From assembly GCA_964544915.1 (NCBI GenBank), contig CAZJDY010000013.1, positions 10,487 to 74,486 of the forward strand: 64,000 bases of DNA. Reading direction: 5' to 3'. Under the pieces are notes generated by a model, which saw nothing but the letters and a program-made list of their open reading frames with translations, was not told the DNA's origin and made no database searches. The position numbers were made by a program, and so were the translations under genes. Origin of the DNA: an uncultured Methanomassiliicoccaceae archaeon. Its GTDB lineage: Archaea; Thermoplasmatota; Thermoplasmata; Methanomassiliicoccales; JACIVX01. Below are positions 44,416 to 54,488 of the stretch, one piece after another (the first letter of the stretch is position 1; each line of letters starts with the position of its first letter).

Positions 44416-45991
44416 TCACCCGCGCGTCTCCTTCGACACGAGGGAATACGACAGGTCTCTGCCCGACATCGACACTTCGACGTGTCCGAGCCAGCGTTCG
44501 TCCTCGACGGGAAAGTCCTTTCGGAAGTGCGAGCCCCTGCTCTCTTGCCTCAGGAGGGCCGAGTTCATCGCGGCCTCGGCAACGGTCGCCATACTTTCCA
44601 ACTCCCTAAGCTTCGCGCTCGCCGCACTCCGAGACCTGATTGCCAGGATATCCTGTCGGACCCTCTTCGTCCTCTCCTTCCCGTCTATCAGGGAGTCCCT
44701 GGACCTGATTACCCCGAGGGACCTGGAGCAAGCCCCCCTGATCTCGTCTTTCATCTCCTCGACTATTGAGAGGTCCGCTTCCTCTTCCCTCCTCGAACCC
44801 TCCGGCTCTACGGACGGTTCTCCAGCAGCCTTCATCGCCCCCTCCGCCGCAATTCGTCCAGATATCCTTCCGAACACGAGCGCCTCGGTGAGGGCATTCC
44901 CGCCTCTCCTGTTCGCTCCGTGCAGCCCGCTGACGACCTCGCCCGCGGCGTACAGGCCATCCACTCCTGTCCGGCACTCCTCGTCGATGATCACGCCGCC
45001 CATCGAGTAGTGCGCGGTCGGTCCGATCCTTATCCTCCCGTCCGAAGGGGAGAATTCGTACTTCTTGAGCTGGTACATCGAGTTGAGGGTGGCCACGTCG
45101 ACCTTGTCCCAGTCGGTCACCTGCGACAGGTCGAGGCAGCACTCCCTGCCCCTCTCCTCCTCAAACGCTATTGCTTAGCACACCTTGTCCCTTTGGAGGA
45201 GCACCGCTCTCGTGAGGTTCGTTTCCTCGGGGACTCTCTTCCTGAGGACATCATCCCCTTTGTCGTTCACGATCCTCGCGCCATCAGCGTAAGGGGGGAA
45301 TAGGACGAACGGAGGATAGCCCTCCTGCTTCATACCGAACGGGAAGAACTGGACGAACTCCAGGTCCCTCGCGTGCGCTCCAGCTTCGAGCGCCATCGCG
45401 ATGCCGTCCCCGACCGCCCCTGAGGGGTTGTCGTGGTCCTCGTACACCGCGCAGAGACCACCAGTTGCGAGGACCGTCGAGGAAGAGGAGATCGCGAACC
45501 TATCCCCGTCTCTATCCGAATTGAACGTTCCGATGCACTTCCGGTCCGCGACCGCGAGCGAGTCGGTGATGCAATGCTCGAAGAACGTGACCCCCATCTC
45601 CGTCAGTATCTTCTTCATGATCAGCCCCAGCTCGACCCCAGGAAACACGAGCTTCTGCCTTCGCAGGTGAATGCCGGACGGCTTGACGTCGAAGCTCACG
45701 CCGATCCCCCCTCATGAATTCAGGGACCACCCCTCCGTACGCGACCAGCCTTTGGACGAGGCGCTCGTCATTGATGTTTCGCCCGATGTCCATGGTCGCT
45801 CTGAACAATTCATCATCAAGGAGCCCCTCGGTCGTGTGAGTGAAGATGCCGGCGGACAGACTTGTCGCGGAAGCCTTCCCCACGCATCCCTTGCATATTA
45901 TGCAAACCTGCGTATCGGCCTTCGCGGCCTCGTAGGCCGCCGACAGCCCGGCAAGTCCGCTTCCAACGACACAGACGTCAAAGCGCTCCAT
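44416..45991 (-). pseudogene. FAD-dependent flavoprotein of the SdhA/FrdA/NadB (L-aspartate oxidase / fumarate reductase) family, disrupted by one frameshift and one in-frame TAA
   Basis: Three ORFs (45512..45991, 45175..45699, 44416..45120) tile one ~525-aa protein: DVCVVGSGLAGLSAAYEAA; STVLATGG; GPTAHYSMGGVIID; GLYAAGEV..GLHGANRRGGNAL. The frameshift is at the C6 run 45706-45711. The TAA at 45175-45177 sits where relatives have RD.V.R-AI. Confidence 0.75.
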
Positions 45992-46110
45992 CGTTCCCTC
46001 CTCGTTCTCTAGTAGTCGTTCTCGTTCGATATCTATCTTTCCCGACGTTCGGTTGTCAGCCTTCTCTGAAGCAACTTTTATTTCCGTGCGGCCTTATATG
46101 AACCGGGGAG

Positions 46111-46827
46111 GTGGGTCAAATGGTGATCGTCAGGTACATCGGACATGCAGCCTTCCTAATCGAGGCTGATGAAGCGAAGATGCTCATAGATCCGTATCTC
46201 AGCGGGAATTCTGCGGCGGTCGCTCCGAAGGGCCTGAAGCCAGACCTCATTCTCGTCACGCATGCGCACGGGGACCATCTCGGGGACGCGATCGAAATCT
46301 CGAAGAAGACGGGCGTGTCCATCCTCACGACGAACGAGATTGCGAACTATTGCATAACGAAAGGAGCCAAGGCTATCGACGCCCACATCGGCGGGAAGAT
46401 ATCGTTCCCGTTCGGAACGGTCAAGTTGTTCCCTGCGGTGCATAGTTCGTCTGTCGATGGCATCTCTCTCGTCGGGGTGCCCTGCTCCTTCGTCATCACC
46501 GTCGATGGCAAGTCGATCTACCACGCTGGTGACACCGCGCTTTTCGGGGACATGAAGCTGATCGGGGAGGAATTCAAATTGGACGTCGCCTTGCTCCCAA
46601 TAGGCGGCCATTACACAATGGGGATCGACGACGCCGTTAGGGCCGCGAAGCTCCTCAACGCAAGGACGATTGTTCCGATGCACTACGACACATTCGATGT
46701 CATCAAGGCGAATCCGTTCGAGTTCTGCAAGAAGGTGAAGACGGAAGCGAAGCTTATCTGCGTAATCCTTAGGCCGGGTGAGAAGCTCACACTGCAGCGC
46801 CCTGGCCTCTCTTCCCGGGATTCATAG
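46111..46827 (+). CDS. Metal-dependent hydrolase, UPF0173 / beta-lactamase-fold family
   Basis: YIGHAAFLIE...LILVTHAHGDHLGDA (HxHxDH), 238 aa. GTG start. Confidence 0.85.
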   Translation: MGQMVIVRYIGHAAFLIEADEAKMLIDPYLSGNSAAVAPKGLKPDLILVTHAHGDHLGDAIEISKKTGVSILTTNEIANYCITKGAKAIDAHIGGKISFPFGTVKLFPAVHSSSVDGISLVGVPCSFVITVDGKSIYHAGDTALFGDMKLIGEEFKLDVALLPIGGHYTMGIDDAVRAAKLLNARTIVPMHYDTFDVIKANPFEFCKKVKTEAKLICVILRPGEKLTLQRPGLSSRDS

Positions 46828-48414
46828 TCCCAGCCGATTGGCAAGGTAGGTGACATAGTCCTCCATCGGGATGTCGACCAGCGATCTTTCGACGTGGATC
46901 TCCTTCGAGACCGCGCAGTCGAGGTGGATCCTGCATTTCGGGCACATTGTCAGGAGTCTCTGTGCCCCGGTCCTCTTCGCCTCCGCGATTCTGTCGATCT
47001 GCATCTGCTTCGCAGCCTTTCCGCAGGTGAGCCACGCGCTCACTCCGCAGCAAGCCGACTTGTCCCGCGTGTTCGCCATCTCTCTGATCTCCACGCCTGT
47101 CATCTTCAGCAGGTCCCTCGGGGCGTCGTACACCCCCAGATGCCTCCCGAGCCTGCAGGGGTCGTGATATGTGACCGTGTCCTTTTCCTTCACATCTAGG
47201 TTGATCTTCCCCTCGTCCGAGAGCTGCGTCAGCAGTTCCGTGATGTGCATCATCTCGTAGTCCAGATCACCGACTATGTCCTGGTAGTCCATTTTCCACG
47301 TCCGGTAGCACTCGGGGCAGGCAAAGACGATCCTCTTTGCCCCGCTCTTCTCAACCGCCTTCAGGTTCTTCTCCATCAGCTTCTCGAAGTTCTCGTTATC
47401 GCCGGCCCAATTCAGGTCATGGCCGCAGCACACCTCGTCATTGCTCACAACCGGTGTCACACCCGCGTGGTTCAGGAGCTTCACCGTCGAGATCGCCGTC
47501 CCGGTGAGATTCAGGTTCCTGTCCTCGAACACAGCATCGAGATGCGGGGCGCAACCTGTGAAATAGAACGTGTCGCCTTGGTCCGCAACCCTGATGTTCT
47601 CCGGCACCCAACTTAAGCGATCCTGCTTCTCCGTGTTCGCCATGATCCTCATCATGCTCTGAAGCAGCCCGCCCTGGGAGCACTCCGGCTCGTTCCCGAG
47701 CAAGACCGCTTCGCCCCTCATCCCCTGGATGAATCCGGAATAGTCGACCTTGTACGGGCACATGGAATTGCACATCTCGCAGGTGATGCAAGCCCATATG
47801 TCCCGGTCCGTACTCAGGCTGTCCGCGACCCCTTCCAGCGCCCTGAGCACGATCAGTCTCGGGGAGAAGTCCTTGTCGAGCTTCGCTACCGGACAGATAC
47901 TGGTGCACTTCCCGCACTCGACGCAGTCGTGCGCCCCGGTGTCGGAGACGATGGAGTCGACAGCCTTCTTGCTGTACCGCGCCGCCTCCTCCTCGACGAC
48001 CTTAGGCATCGGGCTCGGGCCCATGGTCTTCAGCTCCTGGGTCATCGAATTCACGAGGTGGTGGAACTTGTTCTTCTCCGAGGCGCTGATCCATTCGGTC
48101 CTCAGCCTATTCTCTCCCAGCCCGACGTACCTCAGGACCTTCTGAAGCCCCTCCACACTCTTCTGCGCCTTCTTGTTCCCGTCGGTGTAGTGGCAGTCGT
48201 CCATCCTGCAGCCGACGAGCGCGACTCCGTCAGCACCATATTCGAAGGCCTTCATGATGAACGCCGGGTCAACTCGCCCCGTGCACATCACCCTCATGAC
48301 CTTCACTCCGGCTGGATAGGAAAGATGGTGGACGCCGGTCAATGATGCGGCAGGATAGCCACACCAATCGCACGTGAAAACGAGAACGGTCGGCTCGAAA
48401 GGCTCCGGTTCCAC
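46822..48414 (-). CDS. Fusion protein: MvhD/FlpD-like domain + HdrD-like (2x[4Fe-4S] HdrC-like + two CCG HdrB-like domains)
   Basis: N-terminal VLVFTCDWCGY...MCTGRVDP...LVGCRMDDCHY (MvhD). CVECGKCTSICP and CITCEMCNSMCP. CCG motifs EVCCGHD and SACCGVS, with YFTGC / YHDPCRLG. GTG start directly after the hdrA stop. Confidence 0.85.
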   Translation of the reverse strand: MEPEPFEPTVLVFTCDWCGYPAASLTGVHHLSYPAGVKVMRVMCTGRVDPAFIMKAFEYGADGVALVGCRMDDCHYTDGNKKAQKSVEGLQKVLRYVGLGENRLRTEWISASEKNKFHHLVNSMTQELKTMGPSPMPKVVEEEAARYSKKAVDSIVSDTGAHDCVECGKCTSICPVAKLDKDFSPRLIVLRALEGVADSLSTDRDIWACITCEMCNSMCPYKVDYSGFIQGMRGEAVLLGNEPECSQGGLLQSMMRIMANTEKQDRLSWVPENIRVADQGDTFYFTGCAPHLDAVFEDRNLNLTGTAISTVKLLNHAGVTPVVSNDEVCCGHDLNWAGDNENFEKLMEKNLKAVEKSGAKRIVFACPECYRTWKMDYQDIVGDLDYEMMHITELLTQLSDEGKINLDVKEKDTVTYHDPCRLGRHLGVYDAPRDLLKMTGVEIREMANTRDKSACCGVSAWLTCGKAAKQMQIDRIAEAKRTGAQRLLTMCPKCRIHLDCAVSKEIHVERSLVDIPMEDYVTYLANRLGL

Positions 48415-50160
48415 TCACTCCACCTCCTGTATCAGGGAACGAATGGACGGAAGGATCTGTCCGGAACGGAAGTTGCTCACATCGATGGACTTGTTGCAGC
48501 AGGTCGCCGCGCAGACGCCGCATCCCTCGCACAAGTTTTCGTCCACCTTCGCGACCTGGACACCGTTCTTGTCCACGATCTCGATTGCATGGAAGACGCA
48601 CGCCTCGACGCATCTCCCGCAGCCTCGGCACCTCTCCTCGTTCACGACCGCCGTAGTTCTGTCCGTGCTTACCATTCCGGCCTCGAGAAGGTCGATGACC
48701 TCGGAGGCAACGCTCTTAGCGTCGTCGACAGAGTATCTTATTCCTTTCGGGCCCTGGGCGCAGCCGGCGATGTATATGCCTCTCCTTATCTCGGCTGGGA
48801 GCATCGGATTGACGTCCTTCATGAACTTGTCCACGTCCGTTTGGATGTGCAGCATCCTCGATAGCTTCTCAGTTTCCTCGCTCGGCTCCTGCCCGACGGC
48901 AAGAATGACGAGGTCGCTCTTGATCGAGAGGATTGCGCCGACGTCGGTGTCCTCGGCTCTGACGATCAACTGGCCATTCTCCCTGACGATCTCGGCCACC
49001 TTCCCCCTGACGAACTTGATGCCCATTTCGCGGGCTTCGTTGCAGAACTCCTCGAAGCCTCTGTAAGGTCCACGGAGATCTATGTAGTGGACGTAGACCT
49101 CCGTATCTGGATGCATTCGTTTGATCTCTTTCGCAGTCCCGATCGCGTAAGTGCAGCAGACGAGGGAGCAGTGCAGGTTCCCCATTGCGCTGTCCCTTGA
49201 GCCGACGCAGAGCACGATGTTGACCACCTTCGGCGCACTCCCGTCCGAAGGTCTCCTGATGCCGGTCCGTTCTGCCTGCCTCATGAGCTCGACGAACTCC
49301 ATCGTCGTGAGGATGTCCTTGTGCGTGCCGTACCCGTACGCGGGCATCCTCGTGGGTTCGAATGTCTTGGAACCCGTGGCGACGATTATGATCCCGACGT
49401 CGAATTCCTTCATCATACCGTTCTGCTTGACCCTCACGTGCCTGCTCCCGAACCCTCCGGTCACCTCCTCCACCTCCGCGTTCAGCAGGAGCTCTATGTC
49501 TGGATTCCTCAGAACATCCTCGATTTTCGGGGTGAAGATGCATTCCTTGCAGTACTGCATGCAGCAGATTCCGCAGTTGTGCGTCGGGAAGGTCGTCCCA
49601 AGGCGGTATGCTCTCCCGCCGAGCTCTCCGTCTCTCTCGACCAGGTAGACCTTGTGACCGGCATTCGCCACCTGGATCGCTGCGGCCATTCCTGCCACCC
49701 CTCCTCCGATGACGAGCGCGCTGTCCCTGAGCGGGACAGTGATGTCTTCAAGGGGCTCGAGTCTCCTGACCCTCTCCAAGCCCGCGAGCATGAGGGACTT
49801 CGCCTTGACGGTCGCGTCCTCTTTGTCCGGCGTGACCCAGGCGCATTGCTCTCTGAGGTTGACCATCTCGAACAAGTACTTGTTCATTCCGGCCAGCTCG
49901 AGCGCGTGCCGGATGACCATGCCCTGGATCGCGGGCACAGCCCCGCCGATGAGAACACGGTCGAACTTTTTTTCGAAGTATCTGTTCACGAGATAGTCCA
50001 GACCTTCTTTCGATGACAGTTCATTGTGGACGCCTACCTCGATCACGTCGTTGAACTGACGCATGAACTCCGCAACCAATTCGAGGTCAATCCAGTTCCC
50101 GATTTCTCCGCTCTCTGAGCATAAGTAGACACCTATCGTCCCTTCGTTCTCGGAGGTCAT
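48415..50160 (-). CDS. hdrA: Heterodisulfide reductase subunit A-like flavoprotein
   Basis: 581 aa. LVIGGGVAGMAAAIQVANAGHKVYLVERDGELGGR, Cys-rich CGICCMQYCKEC and CSLVCC, and a C-terminal 2x[4Fe-4S] domain CRGCGRCVEAC / CEGCGVCAATC. Confidence 0.88.
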   Translation of the reverse strand: MTSENEGTIGVYLCSESGEIGNWIDLELVAEFMRQFNDVIEVGVHNELSSKEGLDYLVNRYFEKKFDRVLIGGAVPAIQGMVIRHALELAGMNKYLFEMVNLREQCAWVTPDKEDATVKAKSLMLAGLERVRRLEPLEDITVPLRDSALVIGGGVAGMAAAIQVANAGHKVYLVERDGELGGRAYRLGTTFPTHNCGICCMQYCKECIFTPKIEDVLRNPDIELLLNAEVEEVTGGFGSRHVRVKQNGMMKEFDVGIIIVATGSKTFEPTRMPAYGYGTHKDILTTMEFVELMRQAERTGIRRPSDGSAPKVVNIVLCVGSRDSAMGNLHCSLVCCTYAIGTAKEIKRMHPDTEVYVHYIDLRGPYRGFEEFCNEAREMGIKFVRGKVAEIVRENGQLIVRAEDTDVGAILSIKSDLVILAVGQEPSEETEKLSRMLHIQTDVDKFMKDVNPMLPAEIRRGIYIAGCAQGPKGIRYSVDDAKSVASEVIDLLEAGMVSTDRTTAVVNEERCRGCGRCVEACVFHAIEIVDKNGVQVAKVDENLCEGCGVCAATCCNKSIDVSNFRSGQILPSIRSLIQEVE

Positions 50161-50366
50161 TGTCTCACAACCTGTTCACCAGGACTCTCAGTTCGACGCA
50201 TATGTCTGGAGGTTGGGTGAAATCAACAGGCAACATGTTATATTACACTTTCTGAGAATGCTAGATCTCCTGTGGAGAGTCTTCTCGCGATGCTCTGGGG
50301 TGCTCTCCCTTTATTAACACCCCTAGAAGGGATTATTATCGTTGAGATTCGTCTGCGTCATGGGCG

Positions 50367-51950
50367 ATGCAAATGTCCTTCCGAAACGAGACAACCTTTG
50401 AGAGCGCCAAGGCAAAAGGAAACATCGAGGAGATACATTCAGACTACGAGAAGGCTGTCGAGTCGCTTCTTGAGATTGCTGGACGGTCATATCCAAACAT
50501 CATCGATGGGAAGGAGAGGAGGGCGGCTCACGAGTTCGAAGACGAGTGCCCGAGCGATACCTCTCTGGTCGTCGGCAGGTTCCAGAAGGGAACTAGGGAA
50601 GACGTCAGTGACGCGGTCATCGCGGCCGAAAAAGCCTTCCGCGGCTGGTCAATGATGGACTATACTGCCAGGCTCAAGTTCTTCGACAAGGCTGCTGAGA
50701 TCATGAGGAAGGACAAACACCTTCTGGCCGCGGCGGTCACTCTCGACAACGGGAAGAACCGATATGAGGCGATGGCGGACGTCGACGAAGCAATCGATTT
50801 CATCGAGTACTACCGCTGGCAGATGGAGAAATACGACGGTTACACGAGGGAGATGCATTCCCCCTATTCGGAGGAGAAGGTGAAGAGCGTTCTCAGACCG
50901 TACGGGGTCTGGGCGGTGATATGCCCCTTCAACTTCCCGGCCGCGATCACGACCGGAATGACCACAGGCGCTCTGATAACTGGGAACACCGTCGTTCTGA
51001 AGCCTTCGAGCCCTGTACCGCTTCCGGTCTACATGGTCTATGACATCTTCATCCGGGCTGGTATCCCGGACGGCGTATTGAACTTCGTCGCCGGTCCCGG
51101 TGCCGAGGTCGGTGACGCGCTCATCAATCACCGAAAGATCGGCGGCGTCGTTTTCACCGGTTCAAAGGAGATCGGTTACGGAATACTCAGGCAGACTGGT
51201 CGCGAGCACCCGATCCCAGTCATCGCTGAGATGGGAGGAAAGAACCCGATCATAGTGACATCCAATGCGAACTTGGACGACGCCGTGGCTGGAGTCGCGA
51301 GCTCGGCCTTTGGCTACGGCGGACAGAAGTGCAGTGCGTGCTCAAGGGTCTACGTGCACCGTTCGGTATATGAAGAATTCACATCGAAGCTGGTCGATCG
51401 AACGAAGGGCCTCAGAATCGGAGACCCTTCGAAGAGGGACGTGTTCCTCGGCCCCGTCGTCACGGGCAAGGCGGTCAAGGACTTCGAGAGATACGCGGAC
51501 ATGGCGAGGAAGGATGGGAGGATCATCGCCGGTGGCATGAGACTGACAGATGGCGCTCTAGGAAAAGGTCATTTCGTGCAACCAACGATCGCTGTCGATC
51601 TTCCTTTTGATCACTACCTGGTCAAGAACGAGCTGTTCCTGCCCTTCTTGTGCGTTCAGAAGGTCAAGAGCCTCGAAGAGGCGATGAAGAAGGCGAATGA
51701 CGTAGAGTATGGCTTGACCGCAGGGGTATTCACAAAGGACGAGAGGGAATGGGAGTATTTCTTCGACAACATAGAGGCGGGGGTGACCTACTCCAACAGG
51801 AAGCGCGGAGGGTCGACGGGCGCGATGGTCGGTGGGCAGGCGTTCGGAGGATGGAAGGCGAGTGGGTCCACTGGCAAGGGAGCTGGGGGAGAGTACTATC
51901 TACTGCAGTTCATGAGGGAGCAGAGCAGGACGGTCTGCGACAGGACATGA
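50367..51950 (+). CDS. Aldehyde dehydrogenase family, probable 1-pyrroline-5-carboxylate (L-glutamate gamma-semialdehyde) dehydrogenase
   Basis: 527 aa. EMGGKNP and FGYGGQKCSACSR (catalytic Cys context typical of RocA/PruA-type P5CDH). Confidence 0.8.
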   Translation: MQMSFRNETTFESAKAKGNIEEIHSDYEKAVESLLEIAGRSYPNIIDGKERRAAHEFEDECPSDTSLVVGRFQKGTREDVSDAVIAAEKAFRGWSMMDYTARLKFFDKAAEIMRKDKHLLAAAVTLDNGKNRYEAMADVDEAIDFIEYYRWQMEKYDGYTREMHSPYSEEKVKSVLRPYGVWAVICPFNFPAAITTGMTTGALITGNTVVLKPSSPVPLPVYMVYDIFIRAGIPDGVLNFVAGPGAEVGDALINHRKIGGVVFTGSKEIGYGILRQTGREHPIPVIAEMGGKNPIIVTSNANLDDAVAGVASSAFGYGGQKCSACSRVYVHRSVYEEFTSKLVDRTKGLRIGDPSKRDVFLGPVVTGKAVKDFERYADMARKDGRIIAGGMRLTDGALGKGHFVQPTIAVDLPFDHYLVKNELFLPFLCVQKVKSLEEAMKKANDVEYGLTAGVFTKDEREWEYFFDNIEAGVTYSNRKRGGSTGAMVGGQAFGGWKASGSTGKGAGGEYYLLQFMREQSRTVCDRT

Positions 51951-52074
51951 AAACAATGATGCGAATCTAGAGCCTCATTTGCTGTCGACCTTGGGGCCTA
52001 GTTTGGTTTCCGTACGCCGCTGTGAAAGCATCTTATAGCATTCGTACCATACAGTAGGACGCTGGGGACTGCCG

Positions 52075-54384
52075 ATGCATGGAAAAATCGGAACCTTGTT
52101 CGTTATGCTCGTTTTGCTCTCTGCCTCAATATCGATTATTCCTTTCACTTTCACGGCTGAAGCGGCGGTCTTCGGGGAGAGCGTCCTTGTCAATGGGCAC
52201 GAGGCCGGGACCCAGATGTCTCCTCGCATTACCGTCGATGCATCGTCGAACATCTCGGTCGTCTGGGCGGACTACCAAGGAGGTCAGGCGATCTACTACG
52301 GCAGGTCCGTGGACGACGGGGGCACCTTCCTTCCAAAGGTCAAGGTGGACGACGCTGGCGTCCCTTCGCAAAGGTCCTCGCCCGCGGTGGCGGTGAACGA
52401 CACAGGCTCGATCTTCATCGTCTGGAGCGACGAAAGGGGCGGAGTGTCGAGGATATACTTTTCCAAATCCGACGACAATGGGTCGACCTTCTCAGCGAAC
52501 CTCAATGTCTCGGCCCTCGGGTCAATTGTCCAGAGCGAACCTGATATCGCGATCGCTAACAGCACGATATACGTCGTTTGGGCGGAGGACACGAACGGGA
52601 CTGCGGCCTATCCGAACGTCTTCATGTCGAGGTCCCTCGACTGGGGACAGACTTTCCTCACCCCGGTCCGGATTGACAGCACTGGGTCATCGTCATCCAT
52701 TCAAGCATTCCCGAGCATAGCTGCCAGGAACAACAGCGTCTTCATCATCTGGCACGATTCGAGGAGCGACTCCGTGTTAGACATATATGGGTCGTACTCG
52801 AGCGACTCAGGGGAGAGCTTCGGACAGAACATCAAGGTCAGCGACGGGAAATCCGAGACGAGACAGTCGATGTGCGACGCGGCGATCATGCCTGACGGAA
52901 GCCCCTGCGCTGTGTGGCACGACGGGCGCTCCGGGGACCTAGACGTCAGGTTCGCGAAATCCATCGACGGAGGTGCTCACTTCCTTTCATCCGTGCTTGT
53001 TAGCGATGGCGCCCCTGGGACACAGCAAGCGGACCCTCAGATGGCTATCGATTCTGACGGCAACGTATCTGTGGTGTATCGCGACAACACACGGGGCACG
53101 TATCATGTGAAGTACGCGACTTCGCGCAACTCTGGCATCTCATTCTCCTCAAGCGTCTACGCGGACGACGCCCCGACGAACGTGGGCACCGTCGATTCGG
53201 TCGATGTCGCGACAAACCCGAATGGCACACCAATGGTCGTGTACGATGACGACTTCGCCGGGAGCATGGACATCTACTTCACGAAGATGATAGACCGCCC
53301 CCCGATGTGCCAGATCAACTTCCCGAGCGAAGGTGCGGCGATGGCCGGCAACGTCACCGTCCTCGGGAACGCTTCCGACCCTGACGGCAACGATACGCTC
53401 ATCTCGGTCGAGGTCAGGGTGCTCAGCATCGGAGGACCGTACGACGCCGGATGGATTCTCGCAAACGGTACCGAGGGATGGAATTTCAAGGTGAATACGA
53501 GCGCCTTCGTGAACGGACCTTATGAGATCCAGGCGCGGTCGTACGACGGACAGGCATATTCCGAGACGGCAACAATCCAGGTCACTGTCGAGAATGAAGG
53601 TCAGAAGTGGCCAGACCTAGCCGTTACTGATGAGGACATGTCCTTCTCTCCGGGCCAGGTAGAGGCGGGAAGCGTTGTGACCATCTCCGCGGCTGTGTGG
53701 AACCTCGGTAATTTGAACACAACGAACGTCGGCGTGAGGTTCGAGAGGGGAAGCGCGCTCGTCGGCGAGACCTCGATAGACCTCATCCCGTTCGGTGAGA
53801 ACAGGACCGCGAGCGTGCAGTGGGTCGCTATGCAGGGAATCCATGTCTTCAAGGTCACCGTGGATCCTGGCAACTTAATCGTCGAGCTTAACGAGACGAA
53901 CAACCAGGCATCGAAGACGATCACCGTTCTTTCCTCGACTTTCTATCAGCCCGACCTCGAGATCTCCGCCCAGAATTTCACTCTGAGTTCTGATGAGATA
54001 AAGAGCGGGGATTCCGTCGTATTGAAAGCGGAGGTATTCAACTTCGGGAACGAGGGAGCGACGAACGTAATGGTGGTGTTTGCCGTGGACGGTAATCAGG
54101 TGGGAGGGCAGCAGTTCATATCCTACATACCGGTCAACAACAGCAGGGAGGCATCCGTCACATGGGTTGCATCGACAGGCCATCACACCCTCAACGTGAC
54201 CGTGGACCCGACAAGTCAGATCACGGAACGGAACGAGTCCAACAACCGCGCGTCCCTCAGCATCGAGGTCAAGGCAGCAGGAGGCGCATTCCCGATATGG
54301 ATAATCGTCGTGGGAGTGGCCATACCGCTCGTCCTAGCCGTCGTGATCATCTACGTAATGAAGTGGAGAAGGCCGAAGTACTGA
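52075..54384 (+). CDS. Large secreted surface protein: BNR/sialidase-like beta-propeller repeats, Ig-like domain, two CARDB domains, C-terminal TM anchor
   Basis: 769 aa with a signal peptide (LFVMLVLLSASISIIPF). Seven repeats ending in VVWAD / IVWSD / VVWAE / IIWHD / AVWHD / VVYRD / VVYDD. Two CARDB-like units (PDL..., ...NLGN..., ...ELNETNN / ERNESNN). C-terminal PIWIIVVGVAIPLVLAVVIIYVMKWRRPKY. Confidence 0.85.
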   Translation: MHGKIGTLFVMLVLLSASISIIPFTFTAEAAVFGESVLVNGHEAGTQMSPRITVDASSNISVVWADYQGGQAIYYGRSVDDGGTFLPKVKVDDAGVPSQRSSPAVAVNDTGSIFIVWSDERGGVSRIYFSKSDDNGSTFSANLNVSALGSIVQSEPDIAIANSTIYVVWAEDTNGTAAYPNVFMSRSLDWGQTFLTPVRIDSTGSSSSIQAFPSIAARNNSVFIIWHDSRSDSVLDIYGSYSSDSGESFGQNIKVSDGKSETRQSMCDAAIMPDGSPCAVWHDGRSGDLDVRFAKSIDGGAHFLSSVLVSDGAPGTQQADPQMAIDSDGNVSVVYRDNTRGTYHVKYATSRNSGISFSSSVYADDAPTNVGTVDSVDVATNPNGTPMVVYDDDFAGSMDIYFTKMIDRPPMCQINFPSEGAAMAGNVTVLGNASDPDGNDTLISVEVRVLSIGGPYDAGWILANGTEGWNFKVNTSAFVNGPYEIQARSYDGQAYSETATIQVTVENEGQKWPDLAVTDEDMSFSPGQVEAGSVVTISAAVWNLGNLNTTNVGVRFERGSALVGETSIDLIPFGENRTASVQWVAMQGIHVFKVTVDPGNLIVELNETNNQASKTITVLSSTFYQPDLEISAQNFTLSSDEIKSGDSVVLKAEVFNFGNEGATNVMVVFAVDGNQVGGQQFISYIPVNNSREASVTWVASTGHHTLNVTVDPTSQITERNESNNRASLSIEVKAAGGAFPIWIIVVGVAIPLVLAVVIIYVMKWRRPKY

Positions 54385-54488
54385 TGCACGGATCTGGACT
54401 TGGGCGAATCGTCATGGCGATCTGCCGCGGGTCTGACTTCGAAGGACAAGAAGTGTTTTAACGATGGAATGGCGTAGTAGTACGGGGA

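Noticed and set aside
45175-45177. In-frame TAA of the flavoprotein gene as programmed recoding
   Set aside because: Known archaeal recoding uses TAG (pyrrolysine) or TGA (selenocysteine), not TAA. The codon replaces a conserved Arg, and the gene carries a second lesion. A nonsense mutation is the simpler reading.
48415-48417. In-frame TGA between hdrA and the MvhD-HdrD gene as a selenocysteine codon
   Set aside because: A well-spaced GGAGGTG precedes the GTG immediately after the TGA, as expected for ordinary translational coupling. The TGA is at a domain boundary rather than a redox-Cys position, and no SECIS-like element was evident. It is kept only as a low-probability alternative in the findings.
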